Of a stretch of 64,000 bases of DNA, positions 9,448 through 18,709 are shown in pieces. Both the position numbers and the translations under genes were made by a program. Position 1 is the first letter of the stretch, and every line of letters starts with the position of its first letter. Under the pieces are notes generated by a model that was not told the origin of the DNA, ran no database searches, and saw nothing but the letters and a program-made list of their open reading frames with translations. Source of the DNA: a virus; IMG/VR virus record IMGVR_UViG_3300042945_002173; one strand, given 5' to 3'.

Positions 9448-10092
9448 ATGGAAGCAAAACAAGTTAGAGATTTGATGGAGGCATATGCTTCCGTTTATAC
9501 ACAATCGGAAGAACAAGAAGTCCTTTCAGAAGATCTTCAAGGTGCAGTAGAATCGGGACTTAAAAAAGCTTCTGAGTTTATGAAGACTAATCCTGTTGGT
9601 AAAGCTGTTGGGGCAGTTATTGCTCCTGTTGGAAAGGGACGTGGCACTACAACTAAGGCAGAGCAAGAATCAAAAATTAAATCTAATAAGCAAGAAGATG
9701 TAGATCTATTTGATCTTGTAAAAGGTCATCTGATGGGTGAAGGTTTTGCTGATACCGAAGAAGCAGCACTTGTTATTATGGCAAATATGAGTGAAGATTG
9801 GAAGCAAAGTATCGTTGAGTCTATTGCTCGCGGATCTGCTCCAAATAGTCCAACTGGTACTATCGGTGGTGCTGCTAGTAGAGTTGCTGGTACTTTACTT
9901 CAAAGAGGTGCAGAACTTCTTAAAAAGAATATGCCACAGTCTGGTGGTGGTTATAGCACCAGACCTGGTGATGGTAAGCCTTATAAAGATGGTCCACTTT
10001 GGGGACCAGGTTCTTCTGATGCACCTGTAAGAAAACCAGCTCCCCAAAGAAAACCTCAGGGAGCACCTATGAGAGATGAACCACTTTGGTGA
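9448..10092 (+). CDS. Late protein, modular family paralog
   Basis: TATAAATA at 9421; MEAKQVRDLMEAYASVY leader; DLFDLVKGHLMGEGFADTEEAALVIMANMSEDWKQSIVE module. Confidence 0.6.
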   Translation: MEAKQVRDLMEAYASVYTQSEEQEVLSEDLQGAVESGLKKASEFMKTNPVGKAVGAVIAPVGKGRGTTTKAEQESKIKSNKQEDVDLFDLVKGHLMGEGFADTEEAALVIMANMSEDWKQSIVESIARGSAPNSPTGTIGGAASRVAGTLLQRGAELLKKNMPQSGGGYSTRPGDGKPYKDGPLWGPGSSDAPVRKPAPQRKPQGAPMRDEPLW

Positions 10093-10114
10093 TTAATTTC
10101 TTATAAAACCACTT

Positions 10115-10138
10115 GGAGGTCTTACGACCTCCTTTTTT
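10115..10138 (+). terminator. Intrinsic terminator
   Basis: GGAGGTC-TTAC-GACCTCC-TTTTTT. Confidence 0.8.
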
Positions 10139-10166
10139 AATAAATAAATAAAAAACTATTCGTAAA

Positions 10167-10958
10167 ATGGAAGCAAAACAAGTTAAAGGTCTGATGGAAG
10201 CATATGCTTCTGTCTATGCAAATATTTCAGAATCCCACTTTAAAGTTGGTGATGAAGTTATTTGCAAAGCAAGTGGAATGGAAGGTGAAGTTATTAAACT
10301 TGACAAACCTGATGGTGAAGATGATGAAAAGTACTATACCGTAAAGCGTGAAGACGGTAAGACAATGAAGTATGCGCCGAATGATTTAAAGCTTGCTAAA
10401 AAAGAGAAAGAAGAAAAAGAAGAGAAGGAAGATGTAAAAGAAGCAAAGAATGGTGGAATAAGTGGTTCTTCTGAAACAAAATTCCATAAAAAGTTGGACA
10501 GTTTAGTTCATCATACCTTTGGTAAGAGAAAAGAAGAAAAGGCAATGAAGGAAGAAACTGATGAAGGTGGAAAGCACAAAGAAGGTAAGCATTCTAAGGG
10601 TAAAGAAGAACCTGGTGAAAAGGTAACTGAGAAAGAAGGAAAAGAAAAAGAAAAAGAAGAAAAGGAAATGAAAGAGAGTGCCGATCTCTTTGATTACATT
10701 CTTGAGCACCTAGTTGCCGAAGGTTATGCTGACACCAATAAGGCAGCACTTGCTATTATGGCAAATATGAGTGAAGAGTGGAAGCAAAGTATTGTTGAGC
10801 AGAGTGCTATTGCACAAAGAACTGCATCTGCTGTTGATGATCAAAGAAGAGGTTCTTATGGTATGGCAGATGACCTCAATAAAACTAGAAAGTCTTTGGA
10901 TAAACTAAAGCCTTATCCAAATGGATTTCCTAATGCCGCTGGTGTAAAAGGAGTCTGA
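10167..10958 (+). CDS. Late protein, modular family paralog with SH3/KOW-like insert and E/K-rich region
   Basis: ATAAATA upstream; MEAKQVKGLMEAYASVY; FKVGDEVI..G..GEV; same EGYADT..AAL.IMANMSEEWKQSIVE module. Confidence 0.6.
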   Translation: MEAKQVKGLMEAYASVYANISESHFKVGDEVICKASGMEGEVIKLDKPDGEDDEKYYTVKREDGKTMKYAPNDLKLAKKEKEEKEEKEDVKEAKNGGISGSSETKFHKKLDSLVHHTFGKRKEEKAMKEETDEGGKHKEGKHSKGKEEPGEKVTEKEGKEKEKEEKEMKESADLFDYILEHLVAEGYADTNKAALAIMANMSEEWKQSIVEQSAIAQRTASAVDDQRRGSYGMADDLNKTRKSLDKLKPYPNGFPNAAGVKGV

Positions 10959-10959
10959 G

Positions 10960-11015
10960 TCCACTTTTCAAACTGGCACATAAGAGGGTTTCACCACCCT
11001 CTTTTTTTGTATGAT
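10960..11015 (+). promoter_or_regulatory. Conserved upstream box + terminator hairpin + -10 element (copy 1)
   Basis: TCCACTTTTCAAACTGGCACA, 29 nt, TATGAT; 18/21 identical to the box at 13189. Confidence 0.55.
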
Positions 11016-11037
11016 GGTTCCATAAGAAATCAAACCT

Positions 11038-13188
11038 ATGACTGTCCGCCACGAAATCAAGTCCCAACTTGCCAAACTTCTTGCCACCGAAGACCTTGTG
11101 GTTGAGCACAAGAAGGTGGAGACTGCCTGCTTCAACGTTCATACTCGTGTGTTGACTCTGCCGATGTGGGAAAAGGCAAGCAACACCGTCTATGACCTTT
11201 TGGTGGGTCACGAGGTCGGACACGCTCTCTATACGCCTGATGAGGATTGGTTGAAGGAGCACAAGATTCCGCCACAGTTTGTGAATGTGGTTGAGGATGC
11301 TCGCATTGAGAAACTGATGAAGCGCCGTTACGCTGGTCTCGCCAAGACTTTCTTCAACGGTTACAAAGAACTTGCTGACGATGATTTCTTTCAGATTGGT
11401 GATGACAATCTAGAAACTTATAATCTTGCCGATCGTGCAAACCTGTGGTTCAAGATCGGAAACTATATTGATATTCCGATTGAGCGCGGTGAAGAGACTG
11501 AGATTATCAATTTGATTGCTGATAGTGAGACTTTTGGTGATGTTCTGATTGCCGCAAAAGCACTGTATAAGTATTGTAAGCAAAAGCAACAGGAAGAAAC
11601 TAAAACTAAGATTGATAATTTGGAATCTCAAGATAGTGGTGCTACACAGCATCCTGTTTCGGATTTTATTGATCAGCAAGAAGGTGAGAATGATCAATCT
11701 GAAACTGATACTTCACAATCACCTGTTACCAGCGAAACTGAGCAGGAAAAAAAATCAACTAATTCTAGTGAAGGTGGTGAAAAGAATGAAGAACCAGAAG
11801 TCAAAACAATGGATTCTTTGGAAGAGGCATTGAAAGATCTTGTTAATAATGATGGTTATGAGAATGTCTATCTTGAACTTCCTCAACTTGATCTGAATAA
11901 AGTAATTGTTCCTAATAAGGAGATTCACGATAAGTGTAAAGAATCTTGGGATGGTTTTATTAAAGAACGTGAGTATACCTATGAAGGAATTTTTGGTGAA
12001 GTTGATAAGAAATTTGTAGAATTTAAACGGTCTGCTCAAAAGGAAGTTAATTATTTGGTAAAAGAGTTTGAATGTCGTAAGGCGGCAGATTCCTATGCTC
12101 GTGCCACAACTTCACGCACTGGTGTGTTGGATTGTTCAAAACTTCATACCTACAAATATAATGAAGATATTTTCAAGAAAGTAACCACTCTTGCCGATGG
12201 TAAGAATCACGGTCTGGTATTCATTCTTGATTGGTCTGGATCTATGCAGGATGTGATGATGGATACTGTCAAGCAACTTTTTAATCTTGTGTGGTTCTGC
12301 AAGAAAGTAAATATTCCTTTCGAAGTTTATGCTTTTACGACTGATTATCCTTTGGTGAAATACGATGATAATGGTAAAGCAACTATTCGTGAACTTTCCT
12401 ATAAAAAGAAAGATGGACTCATTCAAGTTGGCGAGTGGTTTTCTATGATGAACCTTCTTACCAGTAAGGTGAATGGTAAAACTTTGGATGAGCAGATGAA
12501 GAATATTTTTCGTCTTGCTGTTTCTTTCCGTTATAATTCTCACTGCTATTATGCTGCTCCTCTGGGTATGAGTCTTTCTGGAACTCCTTTGAACGAATCT
12601 TTGATTGCTCTGCATCAAATTCTTCCCAAATTCCAGAAAGAAAATAAACTTCAAAAAGTTCAGTGTGTAATTCTGACAGATGGTGAAGGTTGTCTTCTCA
12701 AATATCATCGTGAAGTTCAACGCCGATGGGAAGAAGATCCTTATATGGGAACTTCTCATATTGGTCCTAATGCCTTTATTCGTGATCGTAAAACAGGAAT
12801 AACTTATTCTTGTGATTGTGAGTATCACGAATTTACTGATATTCTTCTTCAAAATCTGAGAGATAAGTTTGTTGATATCAATTTCATTGGTATTCGTGTA
12901 CTTGAATCGCGTGATGCTGGATCTTTTATTCGTCGTTACTATGGATACTTTGGACCAGAATATGAAAAAGTAATGACTGCCTGGAAGAAAGAAAAGGCAT
13001 TCACGATTAAAAAGTCTGGTTATCATTCTTATTTTGGACTTTCTGCTGCAACTCTTTCGCAGGAATCTGAGTTTGAGGTTGCAGATGATGCCACAAAAGC
13101 ACAAATCAAATCTGCTTTTGTTAAGAGTTTGAAGACTAAAAAAATGAACAAGCGTATTCTTGGTGAGTTTGTTGAACTGGTTGCCTGA
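11038..13188 (+). CDS. CobT-like protein: HExxH metallopeptidase-like N-terminus plus vWA domain
   Basis: HEVGH, NVVEDARIE, DWSGSM MIDAS, LTDGEG; adjacent to a MoxR-type AAA+ gene. Confidence 0.8.
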   Translation: MTVRHEIKSQLAKLLATEDLVVEHKKVETACFNVHTRVLTLPMWEKASNTVYDLLVGHEVGHALYTPDEDWLKEHKIPPQFVNVVEDARIEKLMKRRYAGLAKTFFNGYKELADDDFFQIGDDNLETYNLADRANLWFKIGNYIDIPIERGEETEIINLIADSETFGDVLIAAKALYKYCKQKQQEETKTKIDNLESQDSGATQHPVSDFIDQQEGENDQSETDTSQSPVTSETEQEKKSTNSSEGGEKNEEPEVKTMDSLEEALKDLVNNDGYENVYLELPQLDLNKVIVPNKEIHDKCKESWDGFIKEREYTYEGIFGEVDKKFVEFKRSAQKEVNYLVKEFECRKAADSYARATTSRTGVLDCSKLHTYKYNEDIFKKVTTLADGKNHGLVFILDWSGSMQDVMMDTVKQLFNLVWFCKKVNIPFEVYAFTTDYPLVKYDDNGKATIRELSYKKKDGLIQVGEWFSMMNLLTSKVNGKTLDEQMKNIFRLAVSFRYNSHCYYAAPLGMSLSGTPLNESLIALHQILPKFQKENKLQKVQCVILTDGEGCLLKYHREVQRRWEEDPYMGTSHIGPNAFIRDRKTGITYSCDCEYHEFTDILLQNLRDKFVDINFIGIRVLESRDAGSFIRRYYGYFGPEYEKVMTAWKKEKAFTIKKSGYHSYFGLSAATLSQESEFEVADDATKAQIKSAFVKSLKTKKMNKRILGEFVELVA

Positions 13189-13245
13189 TCCACTTTAAAA
13201 ACTGTCACAGGGGGCACTTGGTTGCCCCCTTTTTGCTTGTATAAT
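13189..13245 (+). promoter_or_regulatory. Conserved upstream box + terminator hairpin + -10 element (copy 2)
   Basis: TCCACTTTAAAAACTGTCACA, 30 nt, TATAAT. Confidence 0.55.
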
Positions 13246-13277
13246 TACTTTGTTGAAACAAACCACCTAACTACATT

Positions 13278-14381
13278 ATGCCTCGCAAATCTTCCGTGAA
13301 CGACAACCAACTCATTGAATCCATCAAAGAACTTTATGGTTCTGAAATCACCACTGGCGACCTTCGCGGTTTTTGTGCTTCTCGCAGTCTTAACTATCAA
13401 ACTGTTTGTCGCCATTTGGAGAACTACAAGGTTGGTCGTGGTCGTTGGAATCTGGAAGTGACTCCGACTGTTGTAAATAAAATGGAGCAAGCATATCAAG
13501 CTCCCGCTGCTCTCCCTGCTGTGGAACAAAATCTCATTCCTGAAAAAGATGATACCTTCGTCAAGTTTGGTAACTTTGCTGATATTAAAAAGATTATCCA
13601 GTCCCTTCTTTTTTATCCGACGTTTATTACGGGTCTTTCGGGTAATGGTAAAACGTTCAGCGTTGAGCAAGCGTGTGCTCAACTTAAACGAGAACTGATT
13701 CGTGTTAACATTACCATCGAAACAGATGAAGATGATTTGATCGGTGGTTTCCGTCTTGTTGATGGAAATACTGCTTGGCACAATGGTCCTGTGATTGAGG
13801 CACTGGAGCGAGGTGCAATTCTGCTTCTTGATGAAATCGACCTTGCTAGCAACAAGATTCTGTGCCTCCAATCTATCCTTGAAGGTAAAGGTGTCTTTCT
13901 GAAAAAGATTGGTCGCTGGGTAAAACCCGCTGCTGGATTCAACGTGTTTGCCACTGCCAACACCAAGGGTAAGGGTTCTGATGATGGTCGCTTCATCGGC
14001 ACCAACGTTCTCAATGAGGCATTCCTCGAGCGTTTCCCTGTGACCTTTGAGCAGTCCTATCCCGCTCCTGCTACTGAGCAAAAGATCCTGGAAGGCATCG
14101 CTCTGGATCTTGGATTGGAGGATCGTGATTTCTGCAAGCGTCTGGTAGATTGGGCAGACATCATTCGTAAGACTTTCTACGATGGTGGTATTGAGGAAAT
14201 CATCAGCACCCGCCGCCTGGTTCACATTATCCGTGCTTATAGCATCTTTGGTAACAAAGCAAAAGCAATTGATGTTTGCACTGCACGATTTGATGATGAA
14301 ACTAAGCAGGCATTCATTGAACTTTATGATAAGGTGGATGCTGATTTCCAACTTCCTGTTGACCAGGAGCAACAATCCTGA
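13278..14381 (+). CDS. cobS: CobS-like MoxR family AAA+ ATPase
   Basis: GLSGNGKT, LLLDEID, TANTKG, NEAFLERF, ISTRRL. Confidence 0.85.
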   Translation: MPRKSSVNDNQLIESIKELYGSEITTGDLRGFCASRSLNYQTVCRHLENYKVGRGRWNLEVTPTVVNKMEQAYQAPAALPAVEQNLIPEKDDTFVKFGNFADIKKIIQSLLFYPTFITGLSGNGKTFSVEQACAQLKRELIRVNITIETDEDDLIGGFRLVDGNTAWHNGPVIEALERGAILLLDEIDLASNKILCLQSILEGKGVFLKKIGRWVKPAAGFNVFATANTKGKGSDDGRFIGTNVLNEAFLERFPVTFEQSYPAPATEQKILEGIALDLGLEDRDFCKRLVDWADIIRKTFYDGGIEEIISTRRLVHIIRAYSIFGNKAKAIDVCTARFDDETKQAFIELYDKVDADFQLPVDQEQQS

Positions 14382-14436
14382 TAGAATGTGAGGAGGTCAA
14401 TGTGCCTCCTCTTTTTAACCTTTACTATGATTTAAA

Positions 14437-14955
14437 ATGTCAGAAAACTTTGAGAGCACTTACGAAAGTTCTTTGCCCACTTCTTGGAAAGACACCGTAA
14501 TCTTTGGTGGGGAAGGAACTGATACTATCTCCTTTAATGGAGCAGAGGATTTTGTGTATGCTGCACAATCTGTTCCATTCACTTATTTTGGAAATTCTTC
14601 TCCTGATACTATTACTTTTAATCTTAATATGAGTGAAACTAAAAACCATCTTTGGAAATACAATGAGGATAAAATCCTCAAAGATGTGGAAGACTATGTG
14701 ACAAGCACTTATCATGGACACTACTGTGGAGATGAGCAAGGGTATGATGACATTCAAACAATTGATCTGATGGCAGCTAAAAAACTTGCTGCTGGTTTCT
14801 GTCAGGCAAATATCCTGAAATATGGCAGTCGTTATGGTGATAAAGATGGTCGCAATAAGCGAGATCTTCTCAAAGTGATTCATTATGCTATGCTTCTGCT
14901 TCACTTTGATGGTCATTACTCTCGTAAAGACAATGGTCTTTCCGAATTCCGCTGA
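14437..14955 (+). CDS. Conserved T4-like hypothetical protein (DUF3310-like C-terminus)
   Basis: KYNED.IL..Y..STY..HY, NILKYGSRYG.K.G, DLLKVIHY. Confidence 0.6.
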   Translation: MSENFESTYESSLPTSWKDTVIFGGEGTDTISFNGAEDFVYAAQSVPFTYFGNSSPDTITFNLNMSETKNHLWKYNEDKILKDVEDYVTSTYHGHYCGDEQGYDDIQTIDLMAAKKLAAGFCQANILKYGSRYGDKDGRNKRDLLKVIHYAMLLLHFDGHYSRKDNGLSEFR

Positions 14956-14957
14956 TT

Positions 14958-15644
14958 ATGAAACTTAAAGATAAAACTATGAAACTTTCTGACAATACCC
15001 TGACCATTCTCAAGAATTTTGCTGGTATCAACAATTCTATTCTTGTGAAGCAGGGAAACAAACTCCGCACTATCTCTGTTGCTAAGAACATTCTTGCCGA
15101 AGCAGATATTACTGAGGAGTTTCCTCGTAGTTTTGCAATCTACGATCTCAATCAATTTCTGAATGGTCTTGGACTCCACCAGGATCCTGATCTTGATTTT
15201 ACTGAGGATTCTTATCTTAGTATCAAAGAAGGTAAGCGTCGTGTGAAGTATTTCTTTGCTGATCCTAATGTAATTATCTCTCCTCCTGATAAGGACATTC
15301 AACTTCCTTCAACGGATGTGTGTTTTCAACTGGATAGCACTTCTTTGGAAAAACTGGTGAAGGCAGCAGCAGTTTATCAACTTCCTGACCTTTCTGCTGT
15401 TGGTGAGAATGGTGTGATCAAATTGGTGGTTCGTGATAAGAAGAACGATACTTCTAACGAATATGCCATCGTTGTTGGTGAAACTGATGAAGAGTTTACC
15501 TTCAACTTTAAGGTTGAAAATATCAAGATCATCCCTGGTGCTTACGACGTGGTGGTCTCTTCTAAACTTTTGTCACAGTTCACGAATACCAAGTACAATC
15601 TGACCTATTATATTGCTCTGGAACCTGATTCTACATTTGGTTGA
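14958..15644 (+). CDS. g45: Sliding clamp gp45
   Basis: MKLS..T..ILKNFA.IN, IYDLNQFL, YYIALE. Confidence 0.95.
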   Translation: MKLKDKTMKLSDNTLTILKNFAGINNSILVKQGNKLRTISVAKNILAEADITEEFPRSFAIYDLNQFLNGLGLHQDPDLDFTEDSYLSIKEGKRRVKYFFADPNVIISPPDKDIQLPSTDVCFQLDSTSLEKLVKAAAVYQLPDLSAVGENGVIKLVVRDKKNDTSNEYAIVVGETDEEFTFNFKVENIKIIPGAYDVVVSSKLLSQFTNTKYNLTYYIALEPDSTFG

Positions 15645-16156
15645 TGAACATTTTTGTTACTTCTCCTTGGCCTGCTGAGAGTGCTATTTGCCTCCCCGAT
15701 AAGCACATCGTCAAAATGCCCTTAGAATGTTGCCAAATGCTTTCTATTGTGGCATCAGACAAGTGGGGATACGGGTATGGTACTCTTCCTAAGGCAGATG
15801 GAACCCCTTACAGGACCGAGAAAGGAGCATTCCGCAATCATCCCTGTACTAAGTGGGCATTGGAGAGTATCCATAATGCCTACTGGTTAATTAAGTGGGG
15901 GTTGAACTTGTCAGATGAATACTGTTTGCGGTATAATAAAACTCACTCCTGTTATAAAACCCTAGTGGATGCATATTATTTGTTTCCTAAGGGTAAGATT
16001 ACAGAAGTGACTCCATTTGCTCGTGCTATGCCTGAGGAGTGGAAGTTTGACAACACTATTGATACATTTGAAGCATACAAGAAATATATCGCATCCAAAC
16101 CTTGGGTTGCCGATAATTACCTTCGTATGCCTGAAAGAAAACCTGATTGGATTTGA
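15641..16156 (+). CDS. Pyrimidine-dimer DNA glycosylase (DenV)-like protein
   Basis: MNIF...DKHIVKMPLECCQML...HPCTKW...RYNKTH family motifs. Confidence 0.55.
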   Translation: MMNIFVTSPWPAESAICLPDKHIVKMPLECCQMLSIVASDKWGYGYGTLPKADGTPYRTEKGAFRNHPCTKWALESIHNAYWLIKWGLNLSDEYCLRYNKTHSCYKTLVDAYYLFPKGKITEVTPFARAMPEEWKFDNTIDTFEAYKKYIASKPWVADNYLRMPERKPDWI

Positions 16157-16158
16157 TT

Positions 16159-17103
16159 ATGAGCAGTGATTTCCTCTTCGTGGAACGATATCGTCCTCAA
16201 GTAATTGAGGATTGTATTCTTCCTGATGAAACTAAAAAAACATTTAAGGAGTTTGTGGAGAAGGGTGAGATTCCGAATCTTCTTCTCGCAGGACCTCCTG
16301 GTATTGGTAAAACTACCATTGCAAAAGCATTGTGTAATGAGTTGGGAGCAGACTATTATGTTATCAACGGATCCGACGAAGGGCGTTTCCTGGATACTGT
16401 ACGGAACCAAGCGAAGAACTTCGCTTCGACCGTCTCACTTACTGGATCTTCTAAACACAAAGTCATCATCATCGATGAGGCTGATAACACAGGGAACGAC
16501 GTACAACTCCTACTACGGGCGAATATTGAGGCATTTTATAACAACTGCCGATTCATCTTCACCTGCAACTACAAAAACAAAATTATTGAACCTCTTCACT
16601 CCCGATGTGCAGTCATCGACTTCACAATCAAAGGAAAGCAGCGAGTACAACTTGCAGGGAATTTCTTTCAAAGGTTACAATTTATCCTCGATCAGGAAAA
16701 GATTGAGTATGATCAAAAAGTCGTTGCGGAACTCGTATCCAAGCATTTTCCCGATTTTCGACGTGTTCTAAACGAAATCCAGAGGTATTCTACTGGTGGT
16801 AAAATTGATTCGGGAATTCTCGCATCTTTCTCTGACGTATCTGTAAATGAACTTGTTAAATCTCTCAAGGATAAAAACTTTTCTGAAGTCCGAAAGTGGG
16901 TGGTCTCCAACTTGGACAACGACGCTTCTCACCTTCTTCGCAGGGTTTATGACGCCGCTTTTGATCACCTTGTTCCCTCATCTATCCCTGCTGCCGTTCT
17001 TGTTATTGCTAAGTATCAATACCAATGTGCGTTCGTGGCTGACCAAGAAATTAATCTCTTAGCTGCATTGACTGAAATGATGGTGGAGTGTGAATTTAAA
17101 TGA
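16159..17103 (+). CDS. g44: Clamp loader large subunit gp44
   Basis: ERYRP, GPPGIGKTT, IIDEAD, SRC motif. Confidence 0.95.
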   Translation: MSSDFLFVERYRPQVIEDCILPDETKKTFKEFVEKGEIPNLLLAGPPGIGKTTIAKALCNELGADYYVINGSDEGRFLDTVRNQAKNFASTVSLTGSSKHKVIIIDEADNTGNDVQLLLRANIEAFYNNCRFIFTCNYKNKIIEPLHSRCAVIDFTIKGKQRVQLAGNFFQRLQFILDQEKIEYDQKVVAELVSKHFPDFRRVLNEIQRYSTGGKIDSGILASFSDVSVNELVKSLKDKNFSEVRKWVVSNLDNDASHLLRRVYDAAFDHLVPSSIPAAVLVIAKYQYQCAFVADQEINLLAALTEMMVECEFK

Positions 17104-17306
17104 ATCCTTATAAAATCAATAAGGCATCTCTGGTAGAACATCCAGTTAAGACAACTCCTGAAAATGTACGAGAGGCAAATGAAGGTCTCTTTCGTGCAAA
17201 AATGACTCTTCCTGCTGCCGCAAAGCATTGTGGTATGACACAGAAAGAAATGAAACTAACTTTTTTTGAGTATTTGAAGTATAACAAACCTGATTATGAA
17301 AACTGA
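17100..17306 (+). CDS. Small HTH-like hypothetical protein
   Basis: MTLPAAAKHCGMTQKEM resembles a helix-turn-helix. Confidence 0.5.
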   Translation: MNPYKINKASLVEHPVKTTPENVREANEGLFRAKMTLPAAAKHCGMTQKEMKLTFFEYLKYNKPDYEN

Positions 17307-17865
17307 AATTAAATTTGATTTTGAAATGGTTATGGGTGTGGTTGAGTACACTCGCCGTCTTCGGTTTGGTGGGCAAAAATTTAGTCGCGCCATTATGATT
17401 GAAAAGGCAATTGAAAAGACTAGTAAAAATTTGACCTATGTTGGATTGGATGATACTTTAGGTCATGATTTTACTACCAAAGTAAATGGAGAAATTTGGC
17501 GTTTAGAAGCAAAGGGTGCGGATCATTTATTTCAGACTGATAGAACTTTTAATACTGTTAAAATAACTCTTAAAAATTTTCAAGGAAATGTGAATAATAA
17601 TTTTCCTGAAAAAAAGTTTGATGAAATGATTTTAATCGATCAGACTCAAAGGCACATTGGTATCGTATCCTTTGAGGATGCTTTGAAAAATTTTGATCCT
17701 AAAAAAAACCTTAAAAAATCTGGATTGAAGATTGTTGTTGATAAAAGAGATGTTGAGTATATTGCTAAAAATGTTTCTCTTGCTCCTAAAAACCAAGTAA
17801 AAGAACTGTATCACGAAATTGTTGATGAACTTTATAAGTGGGAGGATGAATCTGATGAGTGGTAG
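17296..17865 (+). CDS. Putative PD-(D/E)xK endonuclease
   Basis: IEKAI...GHDF-x10-LEAKG; AT-rich; abuts the methyltransferase. Confidence 0.45.
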   Translation: MKTEIKFDFEMVMGVVEYTRRLRFGGQKFSRAIMIEKAIEKTSKNLTYVGLDDTLGHDFTTKVNGEIWRLEAKGADHLFQTDRTFNTVKITLKNFQGNVNNNFPEKKFDEMILIDQTQRHIGIVSFEDALKNFDPKKNLKKSGLKIVVDKRDVEYIAKNVSLAPKNQVKELYHEIVDELYKWEDESDEW

Positions 17866-17866
17866 T

Positions 17867-18709
17867 ATGAAATCTCTTAAAACGCCATTGCGCTACCCCG
17901 GAGGTAAGTCCCGTGCTTGTGAAAAAATGGGGCAATATTTTCCCGATCTTCGTAACTATGAACAGTTCCGTGAACCATTCCTTGGTGGAGGAAGTGTTGC
18001 AATTTATATCACAAAGAAGTATCCCAACCTAGATATTTGGGTAAATGACTTATATGAACCTCTTGTAAACTTCTGGCAGCAACTCCAGATGTTTGGTACT
18101 GATATTAAAGACAAACTGGTAGATTTAAAGACCGCAAACAATACTCCCGTTTTAGCAAGAGAACTTTTTCTTAAAGCAAAGGAGCAAATCAATGACCAAA
18201 GTTTGCCTAGCATTGATCGTGCTGTGGCTTTCTATATTGTCAATAAGTGTTCTTTCAGTGGTCTCACAGAGAGTTCTTCATTTTCAGAACAGGCGTCCAA
18301 CTCCAATTTTTCAATGCGTGGGATTGAAAAGTTGCCTGAGTATTCTAAACTAATTTCCAAATGGCGTATAACTAACTATTCCTACGACTATTTGTTGGAT
18401 GGAAATATGGGTGCTTTTGTGTATCTCGATCCTCCTTATGATATTAAGGATAATCTCTATGGGCGCAAGGGATCAATGCACAAAGGATTTGATCACGATA
18501 AGTTTGCTGCTGATTGTGATGCTTGCTATATGCATCAACTAATAAGTTATAATTCTGATCAACTGGTTAAAGATCGCTTTAAGAACTGGAAGACAGGTGA
18601 GTTTGATCTAACTTATACGATGCGTTCTGTTGGTGAATATATGCGGGAGCAAAAAGAAAGAAAGGAACTTTTACTGTTTAATTATAATAAAGATTTGTTA
18701 TGGAATTGA
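17867..18709 (+). CDS. dam: DNA adenine methyltransferase (D12/Dam class)
   Basis: LRYPGGKS, EPFLGGGSV, DPPY. Confidence 0.9.
   Translation: MKSLKTPLRYPGGKSRACEKMGQYFPDLRNYEQFREPFLGGGSVAIYITKKYPNLDIWVNDLYEPLVNFWQQLQMFGTDIKDKLVDLKTANNTPVLARELFLKAKEQINDQSLPSIDRAVAFYIVNKCSFSGLTESSSFSEQASNSNFSMRGIEKLPEYSKLISKWRITNYSYDYLLDGNMGAFVYLDPPYDIKDNLYGRKGSMHKGFDHDKFAADCDACYMHQLISYNSDQLVKDRFKNWKTGEFDLTYTMRSVGEYMREQKERKELLLFNYNKDLLWN

Noticed and set aside
12136-14375. Long minus-strand ORFs (322 aa and 376 aa) opposite the CobT-like and CobS-like genes
   Set aside because: Antisense shadows of strongly biased coding sequence; no motifs, SD or promoter support.
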